A DNA stretch of 64,000 nt from Calditrichaceae bacterium (GCA_050173015.1 JBFXLE010000017.1:1-64000); one strand, 5' to 3'; shown: positions 38,289-49,622, counted from the stretch's first letter. Translations and numbers: made by a program. Notes: generated from the sequence alone by a model not told the origin.

Positions 38289-38547
38289 GTGTGTTACCTT
38301 TATTTAATTTAAAACGGTAATTGTATAAAAATCGGATCAAAATCTCTGAATTTCCCCCCAGATTGTGAATCAATTTTGAAATTATGGTTACATTCTGGTT
38401 TAATCCTTAATTTAATATATTAAGCATCAATTAACAAAGGATTTTACCAAAGATTTGAAGGCTGGCGTTCAGGGAAGGGACGAAATCAGGAAATGGGATA
38501 AAAAAAAAGCCCGCGGTTGTTCAATCCGCAGGCTTGTTATAAAAATA

Positions 38548-38925
38548 TCAGCCAATATGCTTTGAATAAGCATCCGCATCCATCAGATCTTTTAGTTCGG
38601 AAGTATCTGAAATTTTGATTTTGACCATCCAGCCTTCCCCGTAAGGATCTTTATTCACCGTCTCCGGCTCATCTTCCAGAGCGCCGTTTATTTCAACGAT
38701 CTCTCCTGAAACCGGACTGAACAAATCTGCAACGGCTTTTACAGCTTCAATCGTTCCAAAACTGTCTCCCATACTCACTTTATCGCCAACTTCGGGTAAT
38801 TCAACGAATACAACATCGCCCAATTCACCCTGCGCGTAATCTGTGATTCCAACGACAACAATGTCACCTTCGGTTTTCGTCCATTCATGGTCTTTTGTGT
38901 ACTTTAATTCACCCGGGATACTCAT
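38548..38925 (-). CDS. gcvH: Glycine cleavage system H protein
   Basis: YTKDHEW, GITDYAQGELGDVVFV, lipoyl site EAVKAV and DPYGEGW. Confidence 0.97.
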   Translation of the reverse strand: MSIPGELKYTKDHEWTKTEGDIVVVGITDYAQGELGDVVFVELPEVGDKVSMGDSFGTIEAVKAVADLFSPVSGEIVEINGALEDEPETVNKDPYGEGWMVKIKISDTSELKDLMDADAYSKHIG

Positions 38926-38938
38926 ATAAACCTCCAAG

Positions 38939-40285
38939 CTATTCTAATAAGTTGATTCGTTCTAAAAACCCTGTATCAAATTTTCCTTCAATAAATTCCG
39001 GTCTTTTTATTAACTTTTGGTGGAATGGTATAGTGGTCTTAACGCCTTCAATGATAAATTCGTCCAGAGCCCTTCCCAACCTGCTTATGGCTTCCGCGCG
39101 GTCCCTTCCATGAACGATAAGCTTGGCTACCAGCGAATCATAATATGGAGGAATCATATATCTTTGATAGGCATGAGAATCAACCCTTACACCCGGTCCT
39201 CCCGGAATATGAAAGCTTTTAATTTCGCCGGGACTCGGCATGAAATTTTTTTCATAATCTTCCGCGTTAATACGGCACTCTATGGCATGTCCTGAAATTT
39301 TAATACTTTTTTGAGAATATCCCAGTTTTTCACCCGCGGCAACAAGTATCTGATCTTTTAGAAGATCTTTATCATACACCATTTCTGTAACCGGGTGTTC
39401 CACCTGAATACGAGTATTCATTTCCATAAAATAAAAATTGGAGTCGCTGTCAAGAAGAAATTCGATGGTACCGGCGCCCTCATAGCGGACTTTTTTGGCA
39501 CCGTTTACCGCCACATCACCCATCCGTTTTCGCAGATCATCCGTGACTACCACAGATGGAGATTCTTCAATCAGTTTTTGATGACGGCGCTGAATACTGC
39601 ATTCGCGCTCCCCAAGATGAACAACATTCCCATACTGATCCGCCATAATCTGAATTTCAATATGTCTGGGATTTTGAATATACTTTTCAAGATAAAGTTC
39701 GGGATTGCTGAACGCGCCCTGAGCCTCCGCCTGAGCCATCTGATAATTCATCTCGAATTCATTCATATTTCTGACGATCCGCATCCCGCGTCCGCCACCA
39801 CCGGCAACTGCTTTTAGAATCACCGGGAATCCGATATCGGCAACCAGTTTCCTGCCGGATTCAATGCTTTTCAAGACACCTTCGCTTCCGGGCACAACCG
39901 GGACACCTGCTTTTATCATCAGTGATTTAGCTTCAGATTTATTTCCCATTTTACGGATAACATCCGCGCTCGGGCCGATAAATTTTATATTACTGGAATT
40001 GCACATATCAGCGAATTCCGCGTTTTCGGCAAGAAAACCGTAACCCGGGTGTATTGCCTCAGCGCCTGTTATCTCAGCCGCTGAAATGATTCTTACCGGG
40101 TTCAAATAACTCTGTCCGCTTTGGGCGGGTCCGATACAAATGGCTTCGTCTGCAAACCGAACATGCAGGGAATCTTCATCTGCCTCGGAATGCACGGCGA
40201 CGGTATGAACGCCCAGTTCCTTACAGGCGCGAATTATCCGCAATGCAATTTCACCACGATTCGCTATAAGAATCTTCTTGAACAA
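38939..40285 (-). CDS. accC: Acetyl-CoA carboxylase biotin carboxylase
   Basis: [22 protein letters not shown] and [17 protein letters not shown] start after GGGAGG. Confidence 0.97.
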   Translation of the reverse strand: MFKKILIANRGEIALRIIRACKELGVHTVAVHSEADEDSLHVRFADEAICIGPAQSGQSYLNPVRIISAAEITGAEAIHPGYGFLAENAEFADMCNSSNIKFIGPSADVIRKMGNKSEAKSLMIKAGVPVVPGSEGVLKSIESGRKLVADIGFPVILKAVAGGGGRGMRIVRNMNEFEMNYQMAQAEAQGAFSNPELYLEKYIQNPRHIEIQIMADQYGNVVHLGERECSIQRRHQKLIEESPSVVVTDDLRKRMGDVAVNGAKKVRYEGAGTIEFLLDSDSNFYFMEMNTRIQVEHPVTEMVYDKDLLKDQILVAAGEKLGYSQKSIKISGHAIECRINAEDYEKNFMPSPGEIKSFHIPGGPGVRVDSHAYQRYMIPPYYDSLVAKLIVHGRDRAEAISRLGRALDEFIIEGVKTTIPFHQKLIKRPEFIEGKFDTGFLERINLLE

Positions 40286-40299
40286 CGGGCCTCCCTTTC

Positions 40300-40839
40300 T
40301 CAACGTTCCAGCGCCTGCTCCAATTCACTCAGGATTTTGCGCAATTGTTCATTCTCGGTTTTTAATTGTGCAATTTGTTTTTCCAAATCTGAATTTCCGG
40401 AACTTATAATTCGATCATTGTAACGAATGTTTTTTGTACCGGCATGATATAAATTTAGAATCTTTAACCAATCATTACAAGCAGAAATATAACTGCTGTT
40501 CGGGAATTTTTTTTTAAAATCATCAAACCGTTCCCGCGCGTCTTGATAATTAAAAAACGGGTTTTCGGATTCAGAATTAACCCTAAGGCGCGCTATTCTG
40601 AAAGCCGCGTCGTCACTGTAAGGCTCATCCGGATATTTATGCAGATATTTTTGCAATAATGATTCCGCTTCTGAATACTTTTTACCGGCGATCAACTTAT
40701 CCGCTTTTTCAATAAGCATCGCCTGCAACTGCTGATCCCGTCCGGATGATTCCCTGGAAACAGGTGAACAGTTTACGAAAATTAATCCACAAATGCTAAA
40801 AATCCAAATGTGCTTAATTATTCCTTTTATCAAAAACAT
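40300..40839 (-). CDS. TPR/coiled-coil lipoprotein
   Basis: Lipobox-like FVNC, a TPR pair ([17 protein letters not shown]) and a C-terminal coiled coil. Confidence 0.75.
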   Translation of the reverse strand: MFLIKGIIKHIWIFSICGLIFVNCSPVSRESSGRDQQLQAMLIEKADKLIAGKKYSEAESLLQKYLHKYPDEPYSDDAAFRIARLRVNSESENPFFNYQDARERFDDFKKKFPNSSYISACNDWLKILNLYHAGTKNIRYNDRIISSGNSDLEKQIAQLKTENEQLRKILSELEQALER

Positions 40840-41749
40840 ACGTGTTGCCCGTCTTCTTTTTAGCCAGTTTTTTTAGCTCTGTGGCAATGGTTGAAACTTC
40901 TGCGATTGATTCAATTATTCTGTTTTCATTTGTAACAATGGCAATCGATATACTCACAAACGGGAACTTTTGCATTTTGCCCTGCCGGTTTTTTGAAAGA
41001 ATAAATCCTGTTTCCTTGTCTTCATCCCGGTAAAAATTATGAATTTCACGCTCCATAATATCAGTGATAGATAGACAAATCGATTCAACCATATCCGGCG
41101 TCGATACAATAACAAAATCATCTCCGCCCACATGCCCGACAAAATCATCCTGATTGCCAAATCTGTTGATCGCATCCACCAGTAAACGTCCCGTATAAAT
41201 AAGCATTTTATCACCGGCCACAAAACCGTACTTATCATTATAAGCTTTAAAATTATCAAGATCCGCATAGGCCACCGCGAACAATTTTCCGCCTTCGATC
41301 CGTTTCTGGATCACGGTCTGAATGGCGTTATTTCCCGGCAGATACGTCAGCGGATTAGCATCAAGATTTTGCTGATAACGGCGCAGGACGGCTTCGATGC
41401 GTTTTTCGATTTCCTTAGCATCCATCCCTTTTTCCAGATATTCATCAACGCCCTGTTCAAAGCTGGTCAGCTTATCATTCAGGTCGTGGGATGCCGTCAG
41501 CATGATAATCGGCAAATTCATATATTTGGGAATCTGCCGCAGACGCTTGCAGACCTCGTGACCATCCGGCTCCGGCATACTCAGATCCAATAAAAGAAGC
41601 TGTGGTTGTACCTGATCAATCCTGTCCAGGGCATCTTGTCCGCTTATTCCAAGTTCTACTTTGTATCCGAACCGTTTGATGGTTTCCTCCCACAAGAATC
41701 TTTCATCATCCCGATCATCAACAAGAAATATTTTGATGTGTTTATTCAC
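40814..41749 (-). CDS. REC + GGDEF-family response regulator
   Basis: LLDLSMPEPDG, NPLTYLPGN, DLDNFKAYNDKYG and GHVGGDDF. Confidence 0.93.
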   Translation of the reverse strand: MNKHIKIFLVDDRDDERFLWEETIKRFGYKVELGISGQDALDRIDQVQPQLLLLDLSMPEPDGHEVCKRLRQIPKYMNLPIIMLTASHDLNDKLTSFEQGVDEYLEKGMDAKEIEKRIEAVLRRYQQNLDANPLTYLPGNNAIQTVIQKRIEGGKLFAVAYADLDNFKAYNDKYGFVAGDKMLIYTGRLLVDAINRFGNQDDFVGHVGGDDFVIVSTPDMVESICLSITDIMEREIHNFYRDEDKETGFILSKNRQGKMQKFPFVSISIAIVTNENRIIESIAEVSTIATELKKLAKKKTGNTYVFDKRNN

Positions 41750-43323
41750 TATAACCAGCCCCCTTCTTCGGCGATTCGCCTGGTCCGGGGTAGTTCAATT
41801 ATAAATTCCGTGCCCTTATTCAGTTCACTGGAAACGGTGATCTTGCCGCCGTGTGCTCTCACTATCTGAGATGTTATAAACAATCCCAGTCCGGTACCTT
41901 TTACCGATATTTTCTTTGAATTGGACGCGCGGTAGAGTTTTTCAAAGATATAGGGAATTTCCTCCTTTGGTATCCCGATTCCTTCATCCTTGACAATAAT
42001 CTGAACAGATGAAACGGATTCCTTTATGGTAGCGTGGATAGTTTTCCCCTGATGTGAAAATTTAATCGCGTTACCAATCAAATTATGGAACACATCTTTT
42101 AATTTTTCCTCATCCGCGTCCAGGCTGATAGATTTCGAAGAATAGTTAATTTTAATAAACAATGATTTTTCATTGATAATCGGCGAGAGAATAATGAGTT
42201 CCTCGGTCATTAATTTGACGATTTTTACCGGTGAATAATTCAGTTTTATCTTACTTCTTTCATAGGTGGCGCTGTTAAGGATATTTGTGATCAATTTCTG
42301 CAAATTCTCGTTATTTGCTTTGATAAGGGCAAGAAATCTTCTTTCCTCCGTAGTGACCTTATCACCTAAAGACGATTCCAGCAATTGTGTGGCTTGTTTT
42401 ATCGATCCGATAGGACTTTTCATCTCGTGTGTAAATTGTGATAACATCGCCGCTTTATAGCCCTGTGATTCCTTAAGCCTTCCGGCGAGCTGTTCAAATG
42501 CCTCTCCCAATTCGCCAATTTCATCATTCGGTTTATCCTTAATTTCAAGATTAAAATCAGTAATCGCCATTTGCTCGATGGCATTTTTGAGTGTATCAAT
42601 CGGTTTTGTTAAACGGCGGGCAAAAATAATCGCTACAAAGATTGTGGCCAAAAAGATTATAATTTCGGCGGCGATGATCACCCATTGGGTTTTTTGAGCT
42701 ATCATTGACATCTGAGTGGATTTACTGATACCCCGCTCGCCAATCACTTTGTTTAATTCCGCCAGCGACGCGCGAAGATTTTGAACATCCTTTATGACAC
42801 GCGTATCCCTTAGATATCTGGCATCACTCATTCTGTCTTTTTTTACATAATTGATTGACTTCAAAATAGCGTCATTCACACGCGCCCATTTTTTATCCAC
42901 ACTTTCACCGAGGTCACTGATTTGACCGGAATAATTTGTTTTTTTCTGGTCACCAACAATATTGTACAGGAACGTGTAAATCCCGCTCAGCATCTGATCA
43001 TACCATGCTTTTTCGTATGGTGTAAGCATCCTTACGCGTAATTTGGACCAGTTTGTTTCGAACTCTGTGCGTGAATTTTCTAAATTTCCGATTCGGTATT
43101 CGGATGATTTTCCCGGGATAAACAGAAGGACATAATCCGCGTATAAATCTTCAAGACTTTGCAATTGCCGGGATACCTGAATGATGCTGTGAACATCCTG
43201 CTGAACATGTCCGCGGAGGGATGTGGTCAATTCTCTGATTTCAATAATCAACCACAGCAGAGAAAAACTGAAGAGGACGATTAATAAAAAATAACTGGAA
43301 AATAATTTAGTCTTTAATTTCAT
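41749..43323 (-). CDS. HAMP-domain sensor histidine kinase
   Basis: Two TMs, HAMP (NDEIGELGEAF), THEMKSP, NLIGNAIKF and GTGLGL. Confidence 0.95.
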   Translation of the reverse strand: MKLKTKLFSSYFLLIVLFSFSLLWLIIEIRELTTSLRGHVQQDVHSIIQVSRQLQSLEDLYADYVLLFIPGKSSEYRIGNLENSRTEFETNWSKLRVRMLTPYEKAWYDQMLSGIYTFLYNIVGDQKKTNYSGQISDLGESVDKKWARVNDAILKSINYVKKDRMSDARYLRDTRVIKDVQNLRASLAELNKVIGERGISKSTQMSMIAQKTQWVIIAAEIIIFLATIFVAIIFARRLTKPIDTLKNAIEQMAITDFNLEIKDKPNDEIGELGEAFEQLAGRLKESQGYKAAMLSQFTHEMKSPIGSIKQATQLLESSLGDKVTTEERRFLALIKANNENLQKLITNILNSATYERSKIKLNYSPVKIVKLMTEELIILSPIINEKSLFIKINYSSKSISLDADEEKLKDVFHNLIGNAIKFSHQGKTIHATIKESVSSVQIIVKDEGIGIPKEEIPYIFEKLYRASNSKKISVKGTGLGLFITSQIVRAHGGKITVSSELNKGTEFIIELPRTRRIAEEGGWL

Positions 43324-43375
43324 TTAATAAAGTAATCGCTGAATCCGATTCAGATAAATGATCAGAATCGATTAA

Positions 43376-43876
43376 TCATGATTTTTCTATGATGAATAAG
43401 ACCTGGTTGTACTCAACAGGTTGGGCATTTTCGATTAAAATTTTCACTAGTTTACCGGAAACTTCCGATTCAATCTCATTCATTAATTTCATCGCTTCAA
43501 CAATACATAAGACCTGGCCAACCGCTATCTGTTGACCAACACTGACATAAGGTTCCGCATCCGGTGAGGGCGCGCCGTAAAAAGTACCCACCATCGGTGA
43601 ACGCACCTCATAGGTATTGGTCTTTACCGCTTCCACAGGTCGCGCGGCTATTTCGTCCAGAGAAGCTGCTCCGGAAGGAGCTGGGTACTGTTGAACCTGC
43701 GTATTCTGATGAGCCGCGGAAGGGAACATCTGTACATCGGGCTTATAAATCATGCCGGCATTTGAAGAAACGCTTTTAGTAATCCGGACCTTTTTACCGT
43801 CTTCTTCAATTTCCAGTTCCCCGATATTCGAGTTTTCCACCACTTTTATCAGCTGACGTATTTCTTTCAGATCCAT
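43376..43876 (-). CDS. accB: Biotin carboxyl carrier protein
   Basis: SPMVGTFY and EAMKLMNEI. Confidence 0.97.
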   Translation of the reverse strand: MDLKEIRQLIKVVENSNIGELEIEEDGKKVRITKSVSSNAGMIYKPDVQMFPSAAHQNTQVQQYPAPSGAASLDEIAARPVEAVKTNTYEVRSPMVGTFYGAPSPDAEPYVSVGQQIAVGQVLCIVEAMKLMNEIESEVSGKLVKILIENAQPVEYNQVLFIIEKS

Positions 43877-43884
43877 TGCTCCTC

Positions 43885-44967
43885 CTATTTATTTTCAGCA
43901 GAAAGATTGAATAATTTGTCCAGAAGTTCCTTTATTTCAACATGAAGGCGCTTTTTATAAACACAACCATTGATCTCGTGTTTACCAATAAAATTAAAAT
44001 TTAGGTTTTTTATCACATCATCGCAATAAATTATTACAGGAATATCCGAATTTGTTCTCTCATCAGGCCAAATCATATCCAAAATCTTTTCGGACGAACC
44101 ATAATCCAGGATTAGAAAATCAGGCGCTGATTTTGCCAAAAAGCGGATGGTAAACTCTTCAGGTGATGTCACTTTGGAATCAATTCCCATGTTTTTTAAG
44201 AATCGGTTCGTCATAAGCCGCGCGATCCGGTTGGGGTCAACGATAAGCGCTTTTAACTGCTCATCCCGGCAACTTTCCTGTTTTTTTATTTCATCTTTCA
44301 GCTTTGAAGCATCCAGCAGGAGATTCGTGATATTCGCGATAAATTTCCCTTTTCCGATATCATCGCGGTCTTCAAAACGGAATGAAAGAGATGAACTACA
44401 GGCCAGTTGAAGAAAAGCATCCTCCTTAATAATACTGCCATAGGTGGCGCCAACAACTTTCCCTGAGGCAATAACAACTTCTCCGACCCGAATCCGGTTC
44501 GCGTTGTAAAAATGAAAAATCCCGCTGCGGCGGCCCTGTTCTTTTTCCTGAGCCTCAGAAAAGAAAAAATCGATGGTCGTAAGCGTATTGCGGAGACCGG
44601 CTTCATGTATTCTCAGATTGATTCGTAGCGAGGTTTCATACGCATCGGCGGGCAGATGAAGCACATCCGATGCTCCCTGCTTAAAAAAATCTTCCGTCGA
44701 TTGCATGTGATCTTTCTCCGTTGTAATTCCCATTACGGGCGATCCGATCAGTTCCTGAAGGGCGAGCACGGCAGGGACAAGATGTTTCAGAACCTTTTCC
44801 TTTAGATTATCCGCAACAATAACCGCGTCCGGTTTTGACTGGGCGCACTTTTTTTTGAGTTCAAACAAGCTCGTAACCTGCGAACAATCGAAACTGAATT
44901 CTTTTAAATTGATCAACAGATTATCAATTTCCTTATTTGGACCTGCCAATACATGAATTTTTTTCAT
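43885..44967 (-). CDS. Atypical REC-like / DUF4388-like / REC-like protein
   Basis: GASDVLHLP, RRSGIFHF..GEVVIASGKVVGA..EDAF, ITNLLLDA and ALIVDPN. Confidence 0.65.
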   Translation of the reverse strand: MKKIHVLAGPNKEIDNLLINLKEFSFDCSQVTSLFELKKKCAQSKPDAVIVADNLKEKVLKHLVPAVLALQELIGSPVMGITTEKDHMQSTEDFFKQGASDVLHLPADAYETSLRINLRIHEAGLRNTLTTIDFFFSEAQEKEQGRRSGIFHFYNANRIRVGEVVIASGKVVGATYGSIIKEDAFLQLACSSSLSFRFEDRDDIGKGKFIANITNLLLDASKLKDEIKKQESCRDEQLKALIVDPNRIARLMTNRFLKNMGIDSKVTSPEEFTIRFLAKSAPDFLILDYGSSEKILDMIWPDERTNSDIPVIIYCDDVIKNLNFNFIGKHEINGCVYKKRLHVEIKELLDKLFNLSAENK

Positions 44968-44972
44968 AATTT

Positions 44973-45842
44973 TTAATATTCTTTATTTTTTTCGTAAATC
45001 CTGGAAAATTCATCAATCAATACCGGCAATTTCTCATCACTCAGAAGCGTGGTATTCAAACGCGCGTGTTTCAGTTTAAGCATATCGATTTCAGTGGTAA
45101 TCATTTCTTCTTTAAAGTATGGCGCGTGATTGATCATATTACCATCAGGCGCGATAAGCGCTGAACCGCCCCAGAACACAAGACCGTCTTCCACCCCGAC
45201 CCTGTTGGCGAAAGCAACATAAGAAGTACTCGTAATCGCAAGCGCCTGCAGAAGCGTCTCCCATGCGCGCACATTCTCAGGTTTGGGATTTTCATCTATT
45301 CCCCTTGTAAGCGCGGCTGAACTTACCAGTAATACCGACGCGCCGTCTTGAGCGAGGATCACTCCCGAAGTCGGGTGCCAGATATCCTCGCAAATCAACA
45401 GACCAAAACGGCCAAATTTTGAATCAAACGCCCTGAAGCGGTTTCCCGAACTAAAATACCTTTCTTCCTCAAAAACTCCGTATGTCGGAAGATACACTTT
45501 GCGGTGCCGTGTCAGCAGTTCTCCGTTCTCAAAAAAAAGCGCGGTATTGTAAATTTCATACCGGTCATTTAATTCAACCATTCCGGCCATGATCGATATA
45601 TGCTTGCTGAGTTTTTTCAGTTCGTTAAATTTCGTGTCATTTACCGGAACCGCCACATCGTAAACGGCGTCCTTCAGGGAATATCCCGTTAAAGACAATT
45701 CCGGGAATACGATGATATCATTTTTTTCTTCAATCGCCTTATTTATTTCTGAATAATGCTTTTCGAGATTTTTATCAATATCGCCAAGCACAGTATTTAT
45801 TTGCGTCATGGCGACATGTATTTTTTGTTTATAAAACTTCAT
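44973..45842 (-). CDS. Carbon-nitrogen hydrolase (nitrilase family)
   Basis: VFPELSLTGY, HRKVYLPTYGVFEE and LICEDIWH. Confidence 0.93.
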   Translation of the reverse strand: MKFYKQKIHVAMTQINTVLGDIDKNLEKHYSEINKAIEEKNDIIVFPELSLTGYSLKDAVYDVAVPVNDTKFNELKKLSKHISIMAGMVELNDRYEIYNTALFFENGELLTRHRKVYLPTYGVFEEERYFSSGNRFRAFDSKFGRFGLLICEDIWHPTSGVILAQDGASVLLVSSAALTRGIDENPKPENVRAWETLLQALAITSTSYVAFANRVGVEDGLVFWGGSALIAPDGNMINHAPYFKEEMITTEIDMLKLKHARLNTTLLSDEKLPVLIDEFSRIYEKNKEY

Positions 45843-45856
45843 AACAGTGTTTATTC

Positions 45857-47218
45857 TTAATTATTGATACCCTTTGAAGGCGCGGGAATACGTCCGCCAC
45901 GGCCGATAAACTTGGAATTATCGAGTTTGGAGATCGGCATAATCGGCGCGATTCCGAGAAGTCCTCCATAATCGGCGGCCTGCCCCACATCCATACCCGG
46001 AACAGGGATTACCCTGACAGCCGTCGTTTTGTTATTTACCATACCGATGGCGCATTCATCCGCTATAAGTCCGGCAATTGTCGCCGCGGGAGTATCTCCG
46101 GGAATGGCAACCATATCTATACCCACACTACAGACACTTGTCATTGCTTCCAGTTTTTCGATTGTAATATGTCCCATCTGCGCGGCTTTGATCATGCCTT
46201 CGTCTTCAGAAACGGGGATAAAAGCTCCGCTCATTCCGCCCACATAGGAGGATGCCATCAATCCGCCCCTTTTAACTGAATCATTCAGCAGCGCGAGAGC
46301 AGCAGTCGTTCCCGTGGCGCCCACATCTTCGAGCCCCATTGCTTTTAAAATATCCGCGACACTGTCACCCGGCATGGGTGTCGGCGCGAGAGATAAATCA
46401 ACGATACCAAATGGAATATTCTGCATCGACGCTACTTTTCTACCCACAAACTCACCGGCCCGTGTAATCTTGAATGCCATTCTGCGAATCCGCTCACCGA
46501 GTGAAGCAAAATCCAGATCCGGCGCTTCCTTGACCGCTCTTAAAATAACCCCCGGACCGCTTATGCCGACATTTACTACTATATCCGGCTCGCTCACTCC
46601 GTGAAAAGCACCGGCAATAAACGGATTATCTTCCGGCGCGTTAGCAAATACAACAAGCTTTGCGCAGCCAATGCCCTGTCTGTCAGCGGTCTTTTCAGCC
46701 GTTTGTTTTATAATCTTTCCCATCAGGCTCACGGCATCCATGTTGATTCCGGCTTTTGTTGTCGCCACATTCACCGATGAACAGACATGTTTTGTCCGGG
46801 CCAGCGCTTCGGGAATGGCATGAATCAGATTCAGATCGCCTTTCGAAAACCCTTTCTGGACTAAGGCGGAGAATCCGCCGAGATAATCAACCCCCAGTTC
46901 ATCAGCGGCCTTATCAAGAACTTCCGCGATTTCTATAAAGTCTTCCATAAAATATCCGTCGCCAACGATTGCCACGGGAGTGACAGATATTCTTTTGTTG
47001 GCGATGGAAATTCCATACTCAGATTCAATTTTTTGGGCTGTTTTTACATGCTCCGCCGCGACCCGCATTATTTTTTCATAGATATTACTTTTCAACTGAC
47101 TGAGATTATCACTGGTACAATCTTTTAAATTGATACCCATCGTCACCGTGCGAATATCAAAATGCTCAACCTCTGTCATTCGAATGGTTTCTAATATTTC
47201 TTCCATTGCTATCGGCAT
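45857..47218 (-). CDS. PFL-like / DUF711 (UPF0210) family protein
   Basis: [31 protein letters not shown] and [15 protein letters not shown]. Confidence 0.93.
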   Translation of the reverse strand: MPIAMEEILETIRMTEVEHFDIRTVTMGINLKDCTSDNLSQLKSNIYEKIMRVAAEHVKTAQKIESEYGISIANKRISVTPVAIVGDGYFMEDFIEIAEVLDKAADELGVDYLGGFSALVQKGFSKGDLNLIHAIPEALARTKHVCSSVNVATTKAGINMDAVSLMGKIIKQTAEKTADRQGIGCAKLVVFANAPEDNPFIAGAFHGVSEPDIVVNVGISGPGVILRAVKEAPDLDFASLGERIRRMAFKITRAGEFVGRKVASMQNIPFGIVDLSLAPTPMPGDSVADILKAMGLEDVGATGTTAALALLNDSVKRGGLMASSYVGGMSGAFIPVSEDEGMIKAAQMGHITIEKLEAMTSVCSVGIDMVAIPGDTPAATIAGLIADECAIGMVNNKTTAVRVIPVPGMDVGQAADYGGLLGIAPIMPISKLDNSKFIGRGGRIPAPSKGINN

Positions 47219-47221
47219 AAT

Positions 47222-47683
47222 CTACACCCTATGCATTGCATTAAAAATTTCTTCGTGCTGGACAATTACTTTCAAATCAAACTCTTCTCCTGCTCGGATC
47301 ATCTCTGATTTTATAAACTCAAAATCAACATCACACTCTGAGATATCCACCAGCAGCATTACGGTAAAAAATTCCTGCAGAATTTTTTGTGATAAATCAA
47401 TAATATTACAAGTATGCTTTGCTAAAATGCCGGTCAATCCTGAAAGAATTCCGGGCCGGTCTTTACCAAACGCGGTAATGATAATCCGGTTTTTGGATCT
47501 TTTGGCACTTTCTTTCTGCAGAGATTTCAAATCCTGTGTTACATTACTCTCTTTATCGATCTTACTAACCGCATTTTTAACGACTGTTTCAATGACTTCG
47601 GGATTTGCGGCTTTTCCCAGCTGTTTAAGTGCTTCTTCAGCAAGTTTACGGATATCGCTTTCAGTTATATTTGCCATAATCAA
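47222..47683 (-). CDS. ACT-domain protein (UPF0237) with N-terminal helical extension
   Basis: IIITAFGKDRPGI..CNIIDLSQKI..QHEEIFNAMHRV, plus ~60 aa extra at the N-terminus. Confidence 0.9.
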   Translation of the reverse strand: MIMANITESDIRKLAEEALKQLGKAANPEVIETVVKNAVSKIDKESNVTQDLKSLQKESAKRSKNRIIITAFGKDRPGILSGLTGILAKHTCNIIDLSQKILQEFFTVMLLVDISECDVDFEFIKSEMIRAGEEFDLKVIVQHEEIFNAMHRV

Positions 47684-47718
47684 TTTCCAGACAGTTAATG
47701 TAAGTATATTTAAATTTA

Positions 47719-48045
47719 TTATTTACCTTTTGAATCATCGAGAGATTTCAGCTTTGGATCTATCAGCGCTGCATCCACATCTACCCTGTCAACGATGGCC
47801 ACTACAGCCGCTTCAATGCTCACAGAAGAAGGATCATCCGGGGAGATTGCCTGCCGCGCTGCATGGCCGTAAGCGCAAATGACCACTTCTCCAACACCGG
47901 CCCCCAATAAGTCTGCTACGACAACCACATCTGTTAGCGGCGCTTTTTTCAGATTTAACGGATTTACAATCAGGAAACGTAAGTTTTTTAAATTATCCGT
48001 TTTCTTTGTCGCCCAAACCGAACCGACTACTTTTCCTAAAAACAA
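47719..48045 (-). CDS. EutN/CcmL family microcompartment vertex (BMC-P) protein
   Basis: FLGKVVGSVWATKK, VVADLLGAGVGEVV and AAVVAIVD. TTG start at 48045. Confidence 0.92.
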   Translation of the reverse strand: MFLGKVVGSVWATKKTDNLKNLRFLIVNPLNLKKAPLTDVVVVADLLGAGVGEVVICAYGHAARQAISPDDPSSVSIEAAVVAIVDRVDVDAALIDPKLKSLDDSKGK

Positions 48046-48191
48046 AATGTGTCCCTTCCCGTTATGATTTCTTCGCTCTGTTCCATCTCTGAAATCTTCC
48101 AAAAATCAGGAATATTAAAGGAATCTAATGTATTTTACATTTATTCGCAACCATTATATCTAAAGAGATTCGGAACATAAGTATATTAAAT

Positions 48192-48791
48192 TTACTGACT
48201 TAGATATAGATTGTTATTAATAATAAAATCATAAACGGCATCCGATACAAGACTGCGAAAGGAACTTTTCTTCCTGATGCGATGTCTGATGTGCGTCGAT
48301 GAAATATCTATGGTCGGGCTGTCAACATATAGAAGATTTTTATGCTGGAAGGGTTCTGTAAATGGAGAAGATGACCGGTTGAATACAACCAGGTAAGCCA
48401 TGCGAAGTATCTGATGCGGTTCCTTCCATGAGAGGAATTCCTTGAGATTATCCGCGCCTATGAAATAATACAGGTCCTTGTCCGGGTATTTTTCTTTGAA
48501 GTATTGGACCGTATCTACGGTATATGAGATTCCTTTTCTGTCCAACTCAATGGAACTGATCTCAAATTGCGGATACCTATTTAGAGCAAGGCGAAGCATT
48601 TCCATTCTTACTTCACCCGGGGTTATATCCTTACGTTTACCAAAGGGATGTCTGTAATTTGGGATAAAAACGGTTTTTTGAAGACCGAGCGAATCGGTCA
48701 GCCACTCAGCAACCACAAGATGTCCGAGATGAACGGGATCAAAAGTCCCGCCAAAGAGTCCAAGCCCTTTGGCATCTTTCTTATCACTCAT
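48192..48791 (-). CDS. nadD: Nicotinate-nucleotide adenylyltransferase
   Basis: FGGTFDPVHLGH, SYTVDT, IGADN and ISSTHIR. Confidence 0.96.
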   Translation of the reverse strand: MSDKKDAKGLGLFGGTFDPVHLGHLVVAEWLTDSLGLQKTVFIPNYRHPFGKRKDITPGEVRMEMLRLALNRYPQFEISSIELDRKGISYTVDTVQYFKEKYPDKDLYYFIGADNLKEFLSWKEPHQILRMAYLVVFNRSSSPFTEPFQHKNLLYVDSPTIDISSTHIRHRIRKKSSFRSLVSDAVYDFIINNNLYLSQ

Positions 48792-49539
48792 TCTCTTCGG
48801 CTCTCACCACACTGTCAACAAGACCAGCCCCCGCCGGCGTCAATGTGCTCGACGGAAATTGGATTTTGAACTTTTCTATCTCTTTTTTAGCTGATTGTTT
48901 GTCCTTTAATTCGAGATAGGTTTCTATCTTGCCGTTTAGCGCGTCATCAGCCCATTCAGTATCATAATATTTGCCCAGAATCAGATCGTAATAGATTAAT
49001 GCCGCGGAATACCGGTGCATTTTTCTGTATATTGACGCATTTTGCAGATCTTTTTTTGCTAATTTTGAACGCAATGCCGCGATCTTTTTTTCAGCATCTT
49101 CCTTCAGCTCGTGCGTGGGAAAATCTTCTATGAATATTTGATACTCGCGGATGGCCTTAAAAGAATATTTTTGGTCGAGGGATGCCCTTGGTGACATTTC
49201 ATTATAGCACTCACCTATCTTGTACTGCGCCTCCGCCAAAAGCGGGCTTTTACTCATGTCACTGACAAGTTTTCCAAATTCCACGGCGGCAACAAGATAT
49301 TCGCCCATTTTATAGTGTGAATCCGCAAGATAGAATTGCGCGCTGTCCGCGACCACGCTACCGGCGAATCTTAATACTACAACGGTAAATTCATTAACCG
49401 CGTCATAATAGTCTTTATCCTGATATTTTTTCATTGCGTATTTAAAATATTCAGTCGCTGTCCAGTCCATACGGTTTTTTTTGGGCGCGCAACTGAATAG
49501 AAGTGCTGCCAGAACTGATAATATGATTATTTTTCGCAA
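48784..49539 (-). CDS. bamD: Outer membrane assembly lipoprotein BamD
   Basis: Lipobox LFSC, TPRs and LDQKYSFKAIREYQIFIEDFP. Confidence 0.85.
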   Translation of the reverse strand: MRKIIILSVLAALLFSCAPKKNRMDWTATEYFKYAMKKYQDKDYYDAVNEFTVVVLRFAGSVVADSAQFYLADSHYKMGEYLVAAVEFGKLVSDMSKSPLLAEAQYKIGECYNEMSPRASLDQKYSFKAIREYQIFIEDFPTHELKEDAEKKIAALRSKLAKKDLQNASIYRKMHRYSAALIYYDLILGKYYDTEWADDALNGKIETYLELKDKQSAKKEIEKFKIQFPSSTLTPAGAGLVDSVVRAEENE

Positions 49540-49622
49540 ATTCCATACTCCTGATTTAGGTACTGCATTCGTTTTACTTCCCGAAATGAAAATTTATTCT
49601 TCAATATTCAGGTTTTATATAG

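Noticed and set aside
38289-38547. Glycine riboswitch upstream of gcvPA
   Set aside because: AT-rich with only a terminator-like hairpin (~38500-38535); no recognisable aptamer motifs.
47130-47882. 250-aa plus-strand ORF, and similar antisense ORFs over secA, thiolase, accC and the RND genes
   Set aside because: They overlap well-supported genes on the opposite strand and show no motifs.
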